From contig OZ024742.1 of NCBI GenBank assembly GCA_964016885.1, positions 133,858,001 to 133,922,000 on the forward strand: a stretch of 64,000 nucleotides of DNA, written 5' to 3'. Of the stretch, positions 30,773 through 40,817 are shown piece by piece; within the stretch, counting starts at the first letter, position 1; each line of letters begins with the position of its first letter. Below the pieces are notes generated by a model. It had not been told where the DNA came from, searched no databases, and worked only from the letters and a program-made list of their open reading frames with translations. Position numbers and translations under genes: made by a program. This stretch comes from Eledone cirrhosa (taxonomy: Eukaryota).

Positions 30773-32213
30773 TTATTAATGCATGGACAGTTATATGACC
30801 TCCTTTTCAGCCGAGAGACAAACCAATACATATTCAAACATTGATACATATTCAAACATTGTGGGTCAACATTCATTACAGAATTTAGAGTGGCAGTACA
30901 CACTTCGAGATTACATTTATATTAATAGGTACATTCAAAAATCAAAGATATATGTTAAAGTACAACATGAAGATAAGTGGTTATATAGTGCAAATGTTAT
31001 ATGTGTGGCACGCATGTGCGTCTTGTTTATATAGTGTGGCAGAGAGATATGTGTGGTAGAGGCACTTAGGTAGGTAAATAAGAGTGTTAGGTTGGTAGAT
31101 CTGGTGGCAAAGTCTTTATATGATTGATGTAGTCTGTGTGTGGAGAAATATTATAAGCATTAAAGATAGTGCAAGCATTAAAAGTGTTATAAGTATTGGA
31201 GATGCACAGCGCAGGGATGTCAAGTAATTCATGTACTTCGGCATTTTCATGGTCAAGGGAGTGTATATTTCGATTATATGCCTTTCACATAATCCACGAC
31301 AATCCAGTTAGAGATCGTAGTCTGGTGTTCTTTAGTTCGATACAGGAGGTTGTTACGTTTCGAGAGACGCCATTGAATACCGGAAGTGTGTGTGTGGCTA
31401 AGGGGAGTTAATGCATGCGGGGAGGTAACTCTGGGGTTTCTATATCTAGCCATTAAAATGTGTCCCAATATAGACCCTAAATTCTATGGTGAGGTGCACC
31501 TTCCAAGAGAGACTTTTAAAGCATAAAGTGTACTAACTATAGAGTAGTTTAACTAAATTATGCTGAAGGTGATCATATTATTATTAAGGTGGATTAACCC
31601 ATCTTAAGGTGCTACAAATGGAAATTATAGATGATGAGCGAGGATTCTAAATTAATGATCTCTGTGGTTGTAGTCTGCTCATATGACCAGGCGCGGTGAT
31701 TGCAGGATTGCTTCAGGACCCGATGATCTCTGGTAAGATCTGGGTCATCGCTTGCTACATTGGATGTCGAAAGATAATCGTCCCCAGGCAGGCCAAAGGT
31801 CAATCCGCAGTCCTCGCGACCTCTCTCTGACCGTCAGATCATCCATATACGTACAACCCGCACGGCAGTTGCATTGCATTCACTCACTGCGCTCAGCAGC
31901 CCGGTCCTACTGGTCAACAGCGCTACTCGATTAAATCATTTTACATCTGTCTAAGGAAGGTGTTTCCTCTGCCCAACACCATCCAACCGATCAATTCATG
32001 CTCAAATTACCCTTAGAGCGGTGTAGTGCCGTCCAGGTGGGTGGATGTTGTCACACCTGCCGTAGAGGTATAAATGGGTATTTTCCCTGCGAAGGGTTCC
32101 AGAGGGATGTCGTTGTTTGTGTTATAATGGATCAGCTAGTGTTGGGTATGTAGTATAGGGTGTGTCTCTGGTGTTTGATGCTAGATGTGGTGTTAGGTTC
32201 CAGTCCGACATTG

Positions 32214-34674
32214 CTATATATAGGGCTTAAAGTTTTGGAAGGAATGTCTGAGGCGGTGCTGGCAAGTTGCAAACACCTCAGATTTTTTGTTAAGTAGGTT
32301 ACGGTTGGAGAAGATAATATTGTGTGTCTCTAGTATACAGAGGTTACAGAATTTATTAGGTGGTTTGTACGAGGTCGCGCTGCCTATCACTTCCCAATTG
32401 AGTGTGTATGGTTTATTTTTAGATTTTAGATAGTGTATGTAGCTAGAAAGTGAGGTGGAGTTGGCTAGGCTGTGCTTTTTGAACGAGTGGATGTGCGAGT
32501 TATATCTAATTTTGAAGCAGTTAGAAGTGGAGCCTACATAGGTTTCTGAAGAGTTATTAGTCGTGACTGTGCATGAGTATATGACATCCTTGGTTAGGCA
32601 TTTTTTATCTAAAGGGCAGGTTCTATTAGCTCTACAGTTACAATTATTCTGTGCGTTAGTCCGCTGGTTATAATGCAATGCGGAAGTCTGTGTGGTGGAT
32701 ATAGGATTTTGGGTGTTCAGGTTGACAACCCTGGTGTTATTACTTATACTAGTGTTATTTCTATTGTTACTGCCGTTGCTATTGTTGCTTGCTACAGTGG
32801 TATTTAGAGGGTTTGCATCCCGTTGTGATTTTGTTTGTTGGAAGTAAGAACTAATTTTACTATTATTGCTGCTAGCTATGTGGTATGCTAAGTTAGGCGT
32901 CGTAGAGTATGAGATTTTAATGGTGTTTTTGTTTAAGAGGTTGTGGTACTTGTGTCCTAGAGGGAAGTTTTTATCTAGTAGTGAGAAGAAAGCCCTAGGT
33001 ATGTTGGTGGAGACATTTAGGTTGAAAGGAGGGTTGAAAAATGTATTATTTCTTCTTCTATTTTTGCTTTTAGTGTTTGGTGTGTTGCTTCCTCCTAAGG
33101 CCTCACAGTAGTTTCCATGGTAATGGTTACTTCCGGTGGCACCCTCCGCTTTGGTGTACTTGTGGTTGCTATTCCTATTATTAGATTTCCTCATGGACAT
33201 GTTGTGCGAGATGATGTTGTAGCTATGTGTTTTCTTAGGTAGGAACTCTATTTCTATATTATGGCCGGAGCTAGCTAATGCTTGATTGTAATATTGTGAG
33301 TTTTTGCTAAATATGTTTGCGTCATAGGACAGACTAGAGATTCTATTGGACACCCCCTTAGCGATAGAGTTTAATATTGATCTAGGGTGATTAGACTTGG
33401 TATCTACGTAAATAAGTTTCTCATTAGGCTTATGGAAAGGTGTATATATTTTTGAGTCTAGGTATAGTGTGGCGTCTAGGAAGTTAACATTTTTAGTGTT
33501 TTTGTCCATGGTGATACTAAGGTTAAAGTTTTTGAATGTCTTATGCAGTTGTTTTCTAGTTCTTTCTATATTAAATTTTTTATATTCTATGAGTAGAAGT
33601 GCATCATCGCGGTACAAACCACCGTTGAGGTAAGGGAGGTCTTTATGGATTTCATTGAGGAGGTATAGGCCGACCAAATTAGTGACCTGCGCCGAGTCAC
33701 TAGATCCCATGGTTATGTCGAAGTTGTTGTGCGTATCCTTGCGTGTCCATAGTTGGTCCTCGAAGGTGATTATGGTTTTACGGGCCGCAAGGATGACATC
33801 AACCTGAGCTCTAGTCAGGTCGCTATTGGTCATGGCCATGATAAGTGCCTTATTTAATAGGATAGGGGAAATAGAGGTGTAGTATGAATTGATATCAAAT
33901 TGAATAAATTTTTTGTTCTTATTATTCTTGATATCCTTAAACCATTCAATTACTTCACCCGTATTTCCCCATTGTTTAATGTGTATCTTGTGTTTAATTT
34001 GTGGGATGATTTTATCCAAAATCTTCTTGCTGATAATACCAATGTCGGACTTGGAAGGGCAGATAAGTCTTATCGTGGGGTTGCTGATGAAGTTCTCCTT
34101 ATGGTCCTTCAGAGAGAATCTAGGGGGGTTCGGAGTGAAAGGTTGTGTATGCCTCTGTAGTCCTAGTTTAGACACTATATTATAACCCTCTACATTAATA
34201 TCTTCTAAGTTTTTCAAGGTGGTTTTTTTTGTAGCTTTTATGTAGTTCATTATATATAAACTTTCTATAAGTAATATAATCTAGGCTGTATATGTTATTA
34301 GTTTTATCTGCGTGTACAATAATTTTATTACTAGTTTTGAATCCACTAATAGAAGTGTTAAGTTTGTTTAAGAAGGTGTTGCTTCTAATATGGTGCTTAT
34401 TGTATTTAATGTTCTTAACTAGTTTAACTAGGTCATTTTCAAAGGAGTTGAGTAGAGTGTTATGAGGGGGGCTTTTAAAGGTTTTAAAGCCGAAGGAGTC
34501 AAAATTGTTAGTATTATTCAAGTTGTTAGATTTGTTTCTATCATAATGGAATGTCCTCCATCTCACTCTATTGATAAATGAATTTACACTGTTGATCAGC
34601 AATTTCTCATATGTATTCCTGGATGGTATTGGTATGTTCTTGGTTGACATGGGGAGTTGGTCTTTGATTAGCAT
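32214..34674 (-). pseudogene. PLE RT-GIY-YIG ORF, unit A, one frameshift
   Basis: Near-identical to the 819-aa ORF but split by one extra base in a homopolymer (T8 at 34223-34230 versus T7 in unit B). Confidence 0.9.
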
Positions 34675-34919
34675 ATTGGCAATATTATATGTCAGCTCAA
34701 CGATATGGAGCAGTTAATAGTATTAGTTATACTATTTATGGTTATGTAAACACAAAACCTTAAGCAGTTGTAAGTATTTTACACACACCCTAAATAGTGG
34801 TAGGCAGTAATGTATTACTACCTTATTACCAGTAAGTTAAGTAGCTCAATGTAAAAACATCAGATGATTTACAGAGCAGTTATATGAAATATAAGAATCA
34901 AAGAACTGTTCAAAACATT

Positions 34920-34972
34920 ATTGTGCTTACAGCTGTTTCCTCCAAACCGAGGTTTGGATTCTTCGGAGCAAT
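34920..34972 (-). ncRNA. Minimal type I HHR (CCGAAGA core) in unit B pseudo-LTR
   Basis: Identical to 30720-30772. Confidence 0.8.
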
Positions 34973-36413
34973 TTATTAATGCATGGACAGTTATATGACC
35001 TCCTTTTCAGCCGAGAGACAAACCAATACATATTCAAACATTGATACATATTCAAACATTGTGGGTCAACATTCATTACAGAATTTAGAGTGGCAGTACA
35101 CACTTCGAGATTACATTTATATTAATAGGTACATTCAAAAATCAAAGATATATGTTAAAGTACAACATGAAGATAAGTGGTTATATAGTGCAAATGTTAT
35201 ATGTGTGGCACGCATGTGCGTCTTGTTTATATAGTGTGGCAGAGAGATATGTGTGGTAGAGGCACTTAGGTAGGTAAATAAGAGTGTTAGGTTGGTAGAT
35301 CTGGTGGCAAAGTCTTTATATGATTGATGTAGTCTGTGTGTGGAGAAATATTATAAGCATTAAAGATAGTGCAAGCATTAAAAGTGTTATAAGTATTGGA
35401 GATGCACAGCGCAGGGATGTCAAGTAATTCATGTACTTCGGCATTTTCATGGTCAAGGGAGTGTATATTTCGATTATATGCCTTTCACATAATCCACGAC
35501 AATCCAGTTAGAGATCGTAGTCTGGTGTTCTTTAGTTCGATACAGGAGGTTGTTACGTTTCGAGAGACGCCATTGAATACCGGAAGTGTGTGTGTGGCTA
35601 AGGGGAGTTAATGCATGCGGGGAGGTAACTCTGGGGTTTCTATATCTAGCCATTAAAATGTGTCCCAATATAGACCCTAAATTCTATGGTGAGGTGCACC
35701 TTCCAAGAGAGACTTTTAAAGCATAAAGTGTACTAACTATAGAGTAGTTTAACTAAATTATGCTGAAGGTGATCATATTATTATTAAGGTGGATTAACCC
35801 ATCTTAAGGTGCTACAAATGGAAATTATAGATGATGAGCGAGGATTCTAAATTAATGATCTCTGTGGTTGTAGTCTGCTCATATGACCAGGCGCGGTGAT
35901 TGCAGGATTGCTTCAGGACCCGATGATCTCTGGTAAGATCTGGGTCATCGCTTGCTACATTGGATGTCGAAAGATAATCGTCCCCAGGCAGGCCAAAGGT
36001 CAATCCGCAGTCCTCGCTACCCCTCTCTGACCGTCAGATCATCCATATACGTACAACCCGCACGGCAGTTGCATTGCATTCACTCACTGCGCTCAGCAGC
36101 CCGGTCCTACTGGTCAACAGCGCTACTCGATTAAATCATTTTACATCTGTCTAAGGAAGGTGTTTCATCTGCCCAACACCATCCAACCGATCAATTCATG
36201 CTCAAATTACCCTTAGAGCGGTGTAGTGCCGTCCAGGTGGGTGGATGTTGTCACACCTGCCGTAGAGGTATAAATGGGTATTTTCCCTGCGAAGGGTTCC
36301 AGAGGGATGTCGTTGTTTGTGTTATAATGGATCAGCTAGTGTTGGGTATGTAGTATAGGGTGTGTCTCTGGTGTTTGATGCTAGATGTGGTGTTAGGTTC
36401 TAGTCCGACATTG

Positions 36414-38873
36414 CTATATATAGGGCTTAAAGTTTTGGAAGGAATGTCTGAGGCGGTGCTGGCAAGTTGCAAACACCTCAGATTTTTTGTTAAGTAGGTT
36501 ACGGTTGGAGAAGATAATATTGTGTGTCTCTAGTATACAGAGGTTACAGAATTTATTAGGTGGTTTGTACGAGGTCGCGCTGCCTATCACTTCCCAATTG
36601 AGTGTGTATGGTTTATTTTTAGATTTTAGATAGTGTATGTAGCTAGAAAGTGAGGTGGAGTTGGCTAGGCTGTGCTTTTTGAACGAGTGGATGTGCGAGT
36701 TATATCTAATTTTGAAGCAGTTAGAAGTGGAGCCTACATAGGTTTCTGAAGAGTTATTAGTCGTGACTGTGCATGAGTATATGACATCCTTGGTTAGGCA
36801 TTTTTTATCTAAAGGGCAGGTTCTATTAGCTCTACAGTTACAATTATTCTGTGCGTTAGTCCGCTGGTTATAATGCAATGCGGAAGTCTGTGTGGTGGAT
36901 ATAGGATTTTGGGTGTTCAGGTTGACAACCCTGGTGTTATTACTTATACTAGTGTTATTTCTATTGTTACTGCCGTTGCTATTGTTGCTTGCTACAGTGG
37001 TATTTAGAGGGTTTGCATCCCGTTGTGATTTTGTTTGTTGGAAGTAAGAACTAATTTTACTATTATTGCTGCTAGCTATGTGGTATGCTAAGTTAGGCGT
37101 CGTAGAGTATGAGATTTTAATGGTGTTTTTGTTTAAGAGGTTGTGGTACTTGTGTCCTAGAGGGAAGTTTTTATCTAGTAGTGAGAAGAAAGCCCTAGGT
37201 ATGTTGGTGGAGACATTTAGGTTGAAAGGAGGGTTGAAAAATGTATTATTTCTTCTTCTATTTTTGCTTTTAGTGTTTGGTGTGTTGCTTCCTCCTAAGG
37301 CCTCACAGTAGTTTCCATGGTAATGGTTACTTCCGGTGGCACCCTCCGCTTTGGTGTACTTGTGGTTGCTATTCCTATTATTAGATTTCCTCATGGACAT
37401 GTTGTGCGAGATGATGTTGTAGCTATGTGTTTTCTTAGGTAGGAACTCTATTTCTATATTATGGCCGGAGCTAGCTAATGCTTGATTGTAATATTGTGAG
37501 TTTTTGCTAAATATGTTTGCGTCATAGGACAGACTAGAGATTCTATTGGACACCCCCTTAGAGATAGAGTTTAATATTGATCTAGGGTGATTAGACTTGG
37601 TATCTACGTAAATAAGTTTCTCATTAGGCTTATGGAAAGGTGTATATATTTTTGAGTCTAGGTATAGTGTGGCGTCTAGGAAGTTAACATTTTTAGTGTT
37701 TTTGTCCATGGTGATACTAAGGTTAAAGTTTTTGAATGTCTTATGCAGTTGTTTTCTAGTTCTTTCTATATTAAATTTTTTATATTCTATGAGTAGAAGT
37801 GCATCATCGCGGTACAAACCACCGTTGAGGTAAGGGAGGTCTTTATGGATTTCATTGAGGAGGTATAGGCCGACCAAATCAGTGACCTGCGCCGAGTCAC
37901 TAGATCCCATGGTTATGTCGAAGTTGTTGTGCGTATCCTTGCGTGTCCATAGTTGGTCCTCGAAGGTGATTATGGTTTTACGGGCCGCAAGGATGACATC
38001 AACCTGGGCTCTAGTCAGGTCGCTATTGGTCATGGCCATGATAAGTGCCTTATTTAATAGGATAGGGGAAATAGAGGTGTAGTATGAATTGATATCAAAT
38101 TGAATACATTTTTTGTTCTTATTATTCTTGATATCCTTAAACCATTCAATTACTTCACCCGTATTTCCCCATTGTTTAAGGTGTATCTTGTGTTTAATTT
38201 GTGGGATGATTTTATCCAAAATCTTCTTGCTGATAATACCAATGTCGGACTTGGAAGGGCAGATAAGTCTTATCGTGGGGTTGCTGATGAAGTTCTCCTT
38301 ATGGTCCTTCAGAGAGAATCTAGGGGGGTTCGGAGTGAAAGGTTGTGTATGCCTCTGTAGTCCTAGTTTAGACACTATATTATAACCCTCTACATTAATA
38401 TCTTCTAAGTTTTTCAAGGTGGTTTTTTTGTAGCTTTTATGTAGTTCATTATATATAAACTTTCTATAAGTAATATAATCTAGGCTGTATATGTTATTAG
38501 TTTTATCTGCGTGTACAATAATTTTATTACTAGTTTTGAATCCACTAATAGAAGTGTTAAGTTTGTTTAAGAAGGTGTTGCTTCTAATATGGTGCTTATT
38601 GTATTTAATGTTCTTAACTAGTTTAACTAGGTCATTTTCAAAGGAGTTGAGTAGAGTGTTATGAGGGGGGCTTTTAAAGGTTTTAAAGCCGAAGGAGTCA
38701 AAATTGTTAGTATTATTCAAGTTGTTAGATTTGTTTCTATCATAATGGAATGTCCTCCATCTCACTCTATTGATAAATGAATTTACACTGTTGATCAGCA
38801 ATTTCTCATATGTATTCCTGGATGGTATTGGTATGTTCTTGGTTGACATGGGGAGTTGGTCTTTGATTAGCAT
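36414..38873 (-). CDS. Penelope-like reverse transcriptase with C-terminal GIY-YIG endonuclease, 819 aa, intact
   Basis: ADKTNN, SLKDHK, IQFDINSYY, ITMGSSDS, LYRDD, NFLD, SNHP, FNPPF, CNCRANRTCPLDKKCL, VIY..YVG, FKIRYNSH, CNLCILE and CQH motifs. Confidence 0.96.
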   Translation of the reverse strand: MLIKDQLPMSTKNIPIPSRNTYEKLLINSVNSFINRVRWRTFHYDRNKSNNLNNTNNFDSFGFKTFKSPPHNTLLNSFENDLVKLVKNIKYNKHHIRSNTFLNKLNTSISGFKTSNKIIVHADKTNNIYSLDYITYRKFIYNELHKSYKKTTLKNLEDINVEGYNIVSKLGLQRHTQPFTPNPPRFSLKDHKENFISNPTIRLICPSKSDIGIISKKILDKIIPQIKHKIHLKQWGNTGEVIEWFKDIKNNKNKKCIQFDINSYYTSISPILLNKALIMAMTNSDLTRAQVDVILAARKTIITFEDQLWTRKDTHNNFDITMGSSDSAQVTDLVGLYLLNEIHKDLPYLNGGLYRDDALLLIEYKKFNIERTRKQLHKTFKNFNLSITMDKNTKNVNFLDATLYLDSKIYTPFHKPNEKLIYVDTKSNHPRSILNSISKGVSNRISSLSYDANIFSKNSQYYNQALASSGHNIEIEFLPKKTHSYNIISHNMSMRKSNNRNSNHKYTKAEGATGSNHYHGNYCEALGGSNTPNTKSKNRRRNNTFFNPPFNLNVSTNIPRAFFSLLDKNFPLGHKYHNLLNKNTIKISYSTTPNLAYHIASSNNSKISSYFQQTKSQRDANPLNTTVASNNSNGSNNRNNTSISNNTRVVNLNTQNPISTTQTSALHYNQRTNAQNNCNCRANRTCPLDKKCLTKDVIYSCTVTTNNSSETYVGSTSNCFKIRYNSHIHSFKKHSLANSTSLSSYIHYLKSKNKPYTLNWEVIGSATSYKPPNKFCNLCILETHNIIFSNRNLLNKKSEVFATCQHRLRHSFQNFKPYI

Positions 38874-39044
38874 ATTGGCAATATTATATGTCAGCTCAAC
38901 GATATGGAGCAGTTAATAGTATTAGTTATACTATTTATGGTTATGTAAACACAAAACCTTAAGCAGTTGTAAGTATTTTACACACACCCTAAATAGTGGT
39001 AGGCAGTAATGTATTACTACCTTATTACCAGTAAGTTAATATAT

Positions 39045-39114
<70 letters not shown>

Positions 39115-39116
39115 TA

Positions 39117-39705
39117 ATTGGTCGTTTTGGAAGCCTCAACAATGCAGATGGGTAAATCGCCGGGTAACAGAATCAGCTGGTAATGAGAGAGATGTAAGAG
39201 GAAATGTAGAATGAAACGTAAAGTGTGTAGAGGGACGTAGGAAAGAGTGTAAACATAATTGTTTCTACGTTTGGCACAAGCCAGCAATTACCCAGAGCAT
39301 TACTTGTACTTTATTTTATCGACCTCGAAATGATGAAAGACAAAGTTAACCTCGGCGGAATTGTGAAGAGTGTAACAATAATAACACGTGTTAGAGTTAC
39401 CTTGGAAGTGATTTAATTGAACCTATATTTCGGATTTCGCCTCCATCAACTGAGGGTTTTCCGAGGGGGGAAAGTTTTTAGTCGGAGAGGAACAACACCT
39501 GGCCTCTGCTGTCTAAGCCCCAGTTGATGGATATGAAATCCGAAATATTAAATCACTTCCAAGGTAACTCAATCTCGTGTTATTATTTTTACACTCTATA
39601 CGTCTCATTCTACATTTCCTCTTACATCTCTCTCATTACCACCTGATTCTGTTACCCGAAGATTTACCCCTCTGCATTGTTGAGGCTTCCAAAACGACCA
39701 ATTTT
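39117..39705. repeat. Foldback element with a truncated SINE (39257-39362) inserted in its left arm
   Basis: 39117-39255 and 39365-39455 are inverted copies of about 39515-39705. The SINE is flanked by an AAGAGTGTAA duplication. Confidence 0.75.
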
Positions 39706-40768
39706 ATTTTTCCACAATGCTTCAAGCACACTTCAACACTCTCTTATATATATATATACTTGCTTATGTCCGTTGGTAGTGGGACGTACTCCGAATGTAC
39801 GTCCGTGTTACTTAACTTGGTATCGGTCTTAAGATTTTTATCATTTTTTATACTCGGAAGAACACATCTATATTTGAGTTTCTATTCGTCGTAATTCTAG
39901 TCCCATACGCACATTGTCCTTAATTTAGTGCAAATATTATTTCAGGGGCGTCTATTATTTTTCCTGACACTTTTCAATGTTTTACATCATCCCATCTTTT
40001 GTTTTTATATATCTTTCAGATAGAGGAATAGAGACAAATATAGTGTGTGACAGAGAGAGACGGGGGAAGAGAGAGAGAGAGCTAGATAGAGAGAGGGGGG
40101 AAATAGAGAGAGAGAGAGAAATAGACAGATAGGCGATAGAAAGAGAGGTAGGGAGAGAGAGAGAAGGTGGGAGAAAGAGAGACTAATGTTGAGTGTGTCT
40201 TCAATGAAGGAAAGATAGGAAAACGTGCGATGAGGATAAAATACGTTTTAAACACAAACGGAAATCCAATTTGCTTTTTCCACTACGATCCCAAGTATGA
40301 TATGTAACAACACACTTTTGACGCATTCGGTGGAACAAATACACAACACCACTTATAGTTTAGACGGCTCTAGCTATTTGCGAGAGAGAAAAGAATAAAC
40401 AAAAATGCTTAATACAACATTGTTTCGACAAAATAAGACAATACATTGTGAAGAAAACAAAATATCTAATAACATATCTACAATAACCCGACAACTGTTG
40501 AGGAAAAAAATAACATGTACGATATAGATCGACATTTCGAATATAATACAAAATACATGTGTGTAGGTGAGAAAATGCTGAACAATTTACCTTTACGTTT
40601 TAGAATGAAGAATAAGTTATACCTTTGATGTTTATTACAGAGCATCAGGTAAAAAAAGTATGATTGTTAAAAAATACATTTCTAGAATGTATGTAAATAC
40701 TTATCTTTTCCCATTTCTTAGAGGGTTTTAAACCACGCCACGATAAGACTAGAATTTCTTCAGTGAAA

Positions 40769-40815
<47 letters not shown>

Positions 40816-40817
<2 letters not shown>

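Larger units (their letters stand above)
30517..39039 (-). mobile_element. Young tandem Penelope-like retroelement array (family 1, about 2.03 x 4.2 kb) in (TA)n
   Basis: Unit A 30517-34716, unit B 34717-38915, and a 124-bp partial unit 38916-39039. About 10 differences between units counted by eye. (TA)n on both flanks. Confidence 0.96.

Noticed and set aside
31790-31845. HDV-like ribozyme suggested by TCCTCGC
   Set aside because: No P3, P1.1 or P2 pseudoknot can be built, it is antisense to the element, and adjacent bases differ between the two units.
31686-31845. SRP-like start (GACCAGGCGCGGTG) and 7SK-like GGATG...CATCC
   Set aside because: The matches are too short, and SRP helix 8 and the 7SK GAUC hairpin arrangement are absent.
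30783-31934. Short 60-83 aa ORFs in the PLE 3' region (repeated at 34983-36134)
   Set aside because: No recognisable motifs and mostly antisense; identity between units reflects recent duplication only.
32214-34674. Programmed ribosomal frameshift or two-ORF organisation
   Set aside because: The sister unit has a single continuous ORF, so this is a 1-bp mutation or a sequencing error.
36414-38873. Telomerase, retron, group II intron or Naiad-type selenoprotein RT
   Set aside because: The C-terminal GIY-YIG domain and pseudo-LTR tandem define a canonical PLE. There is no N-terminal endonuclease and no in-frame UGA.
39390-39575. HHR-like TTGATGGA...GAAA
   Set aside because: The core is incomplete in both arms.
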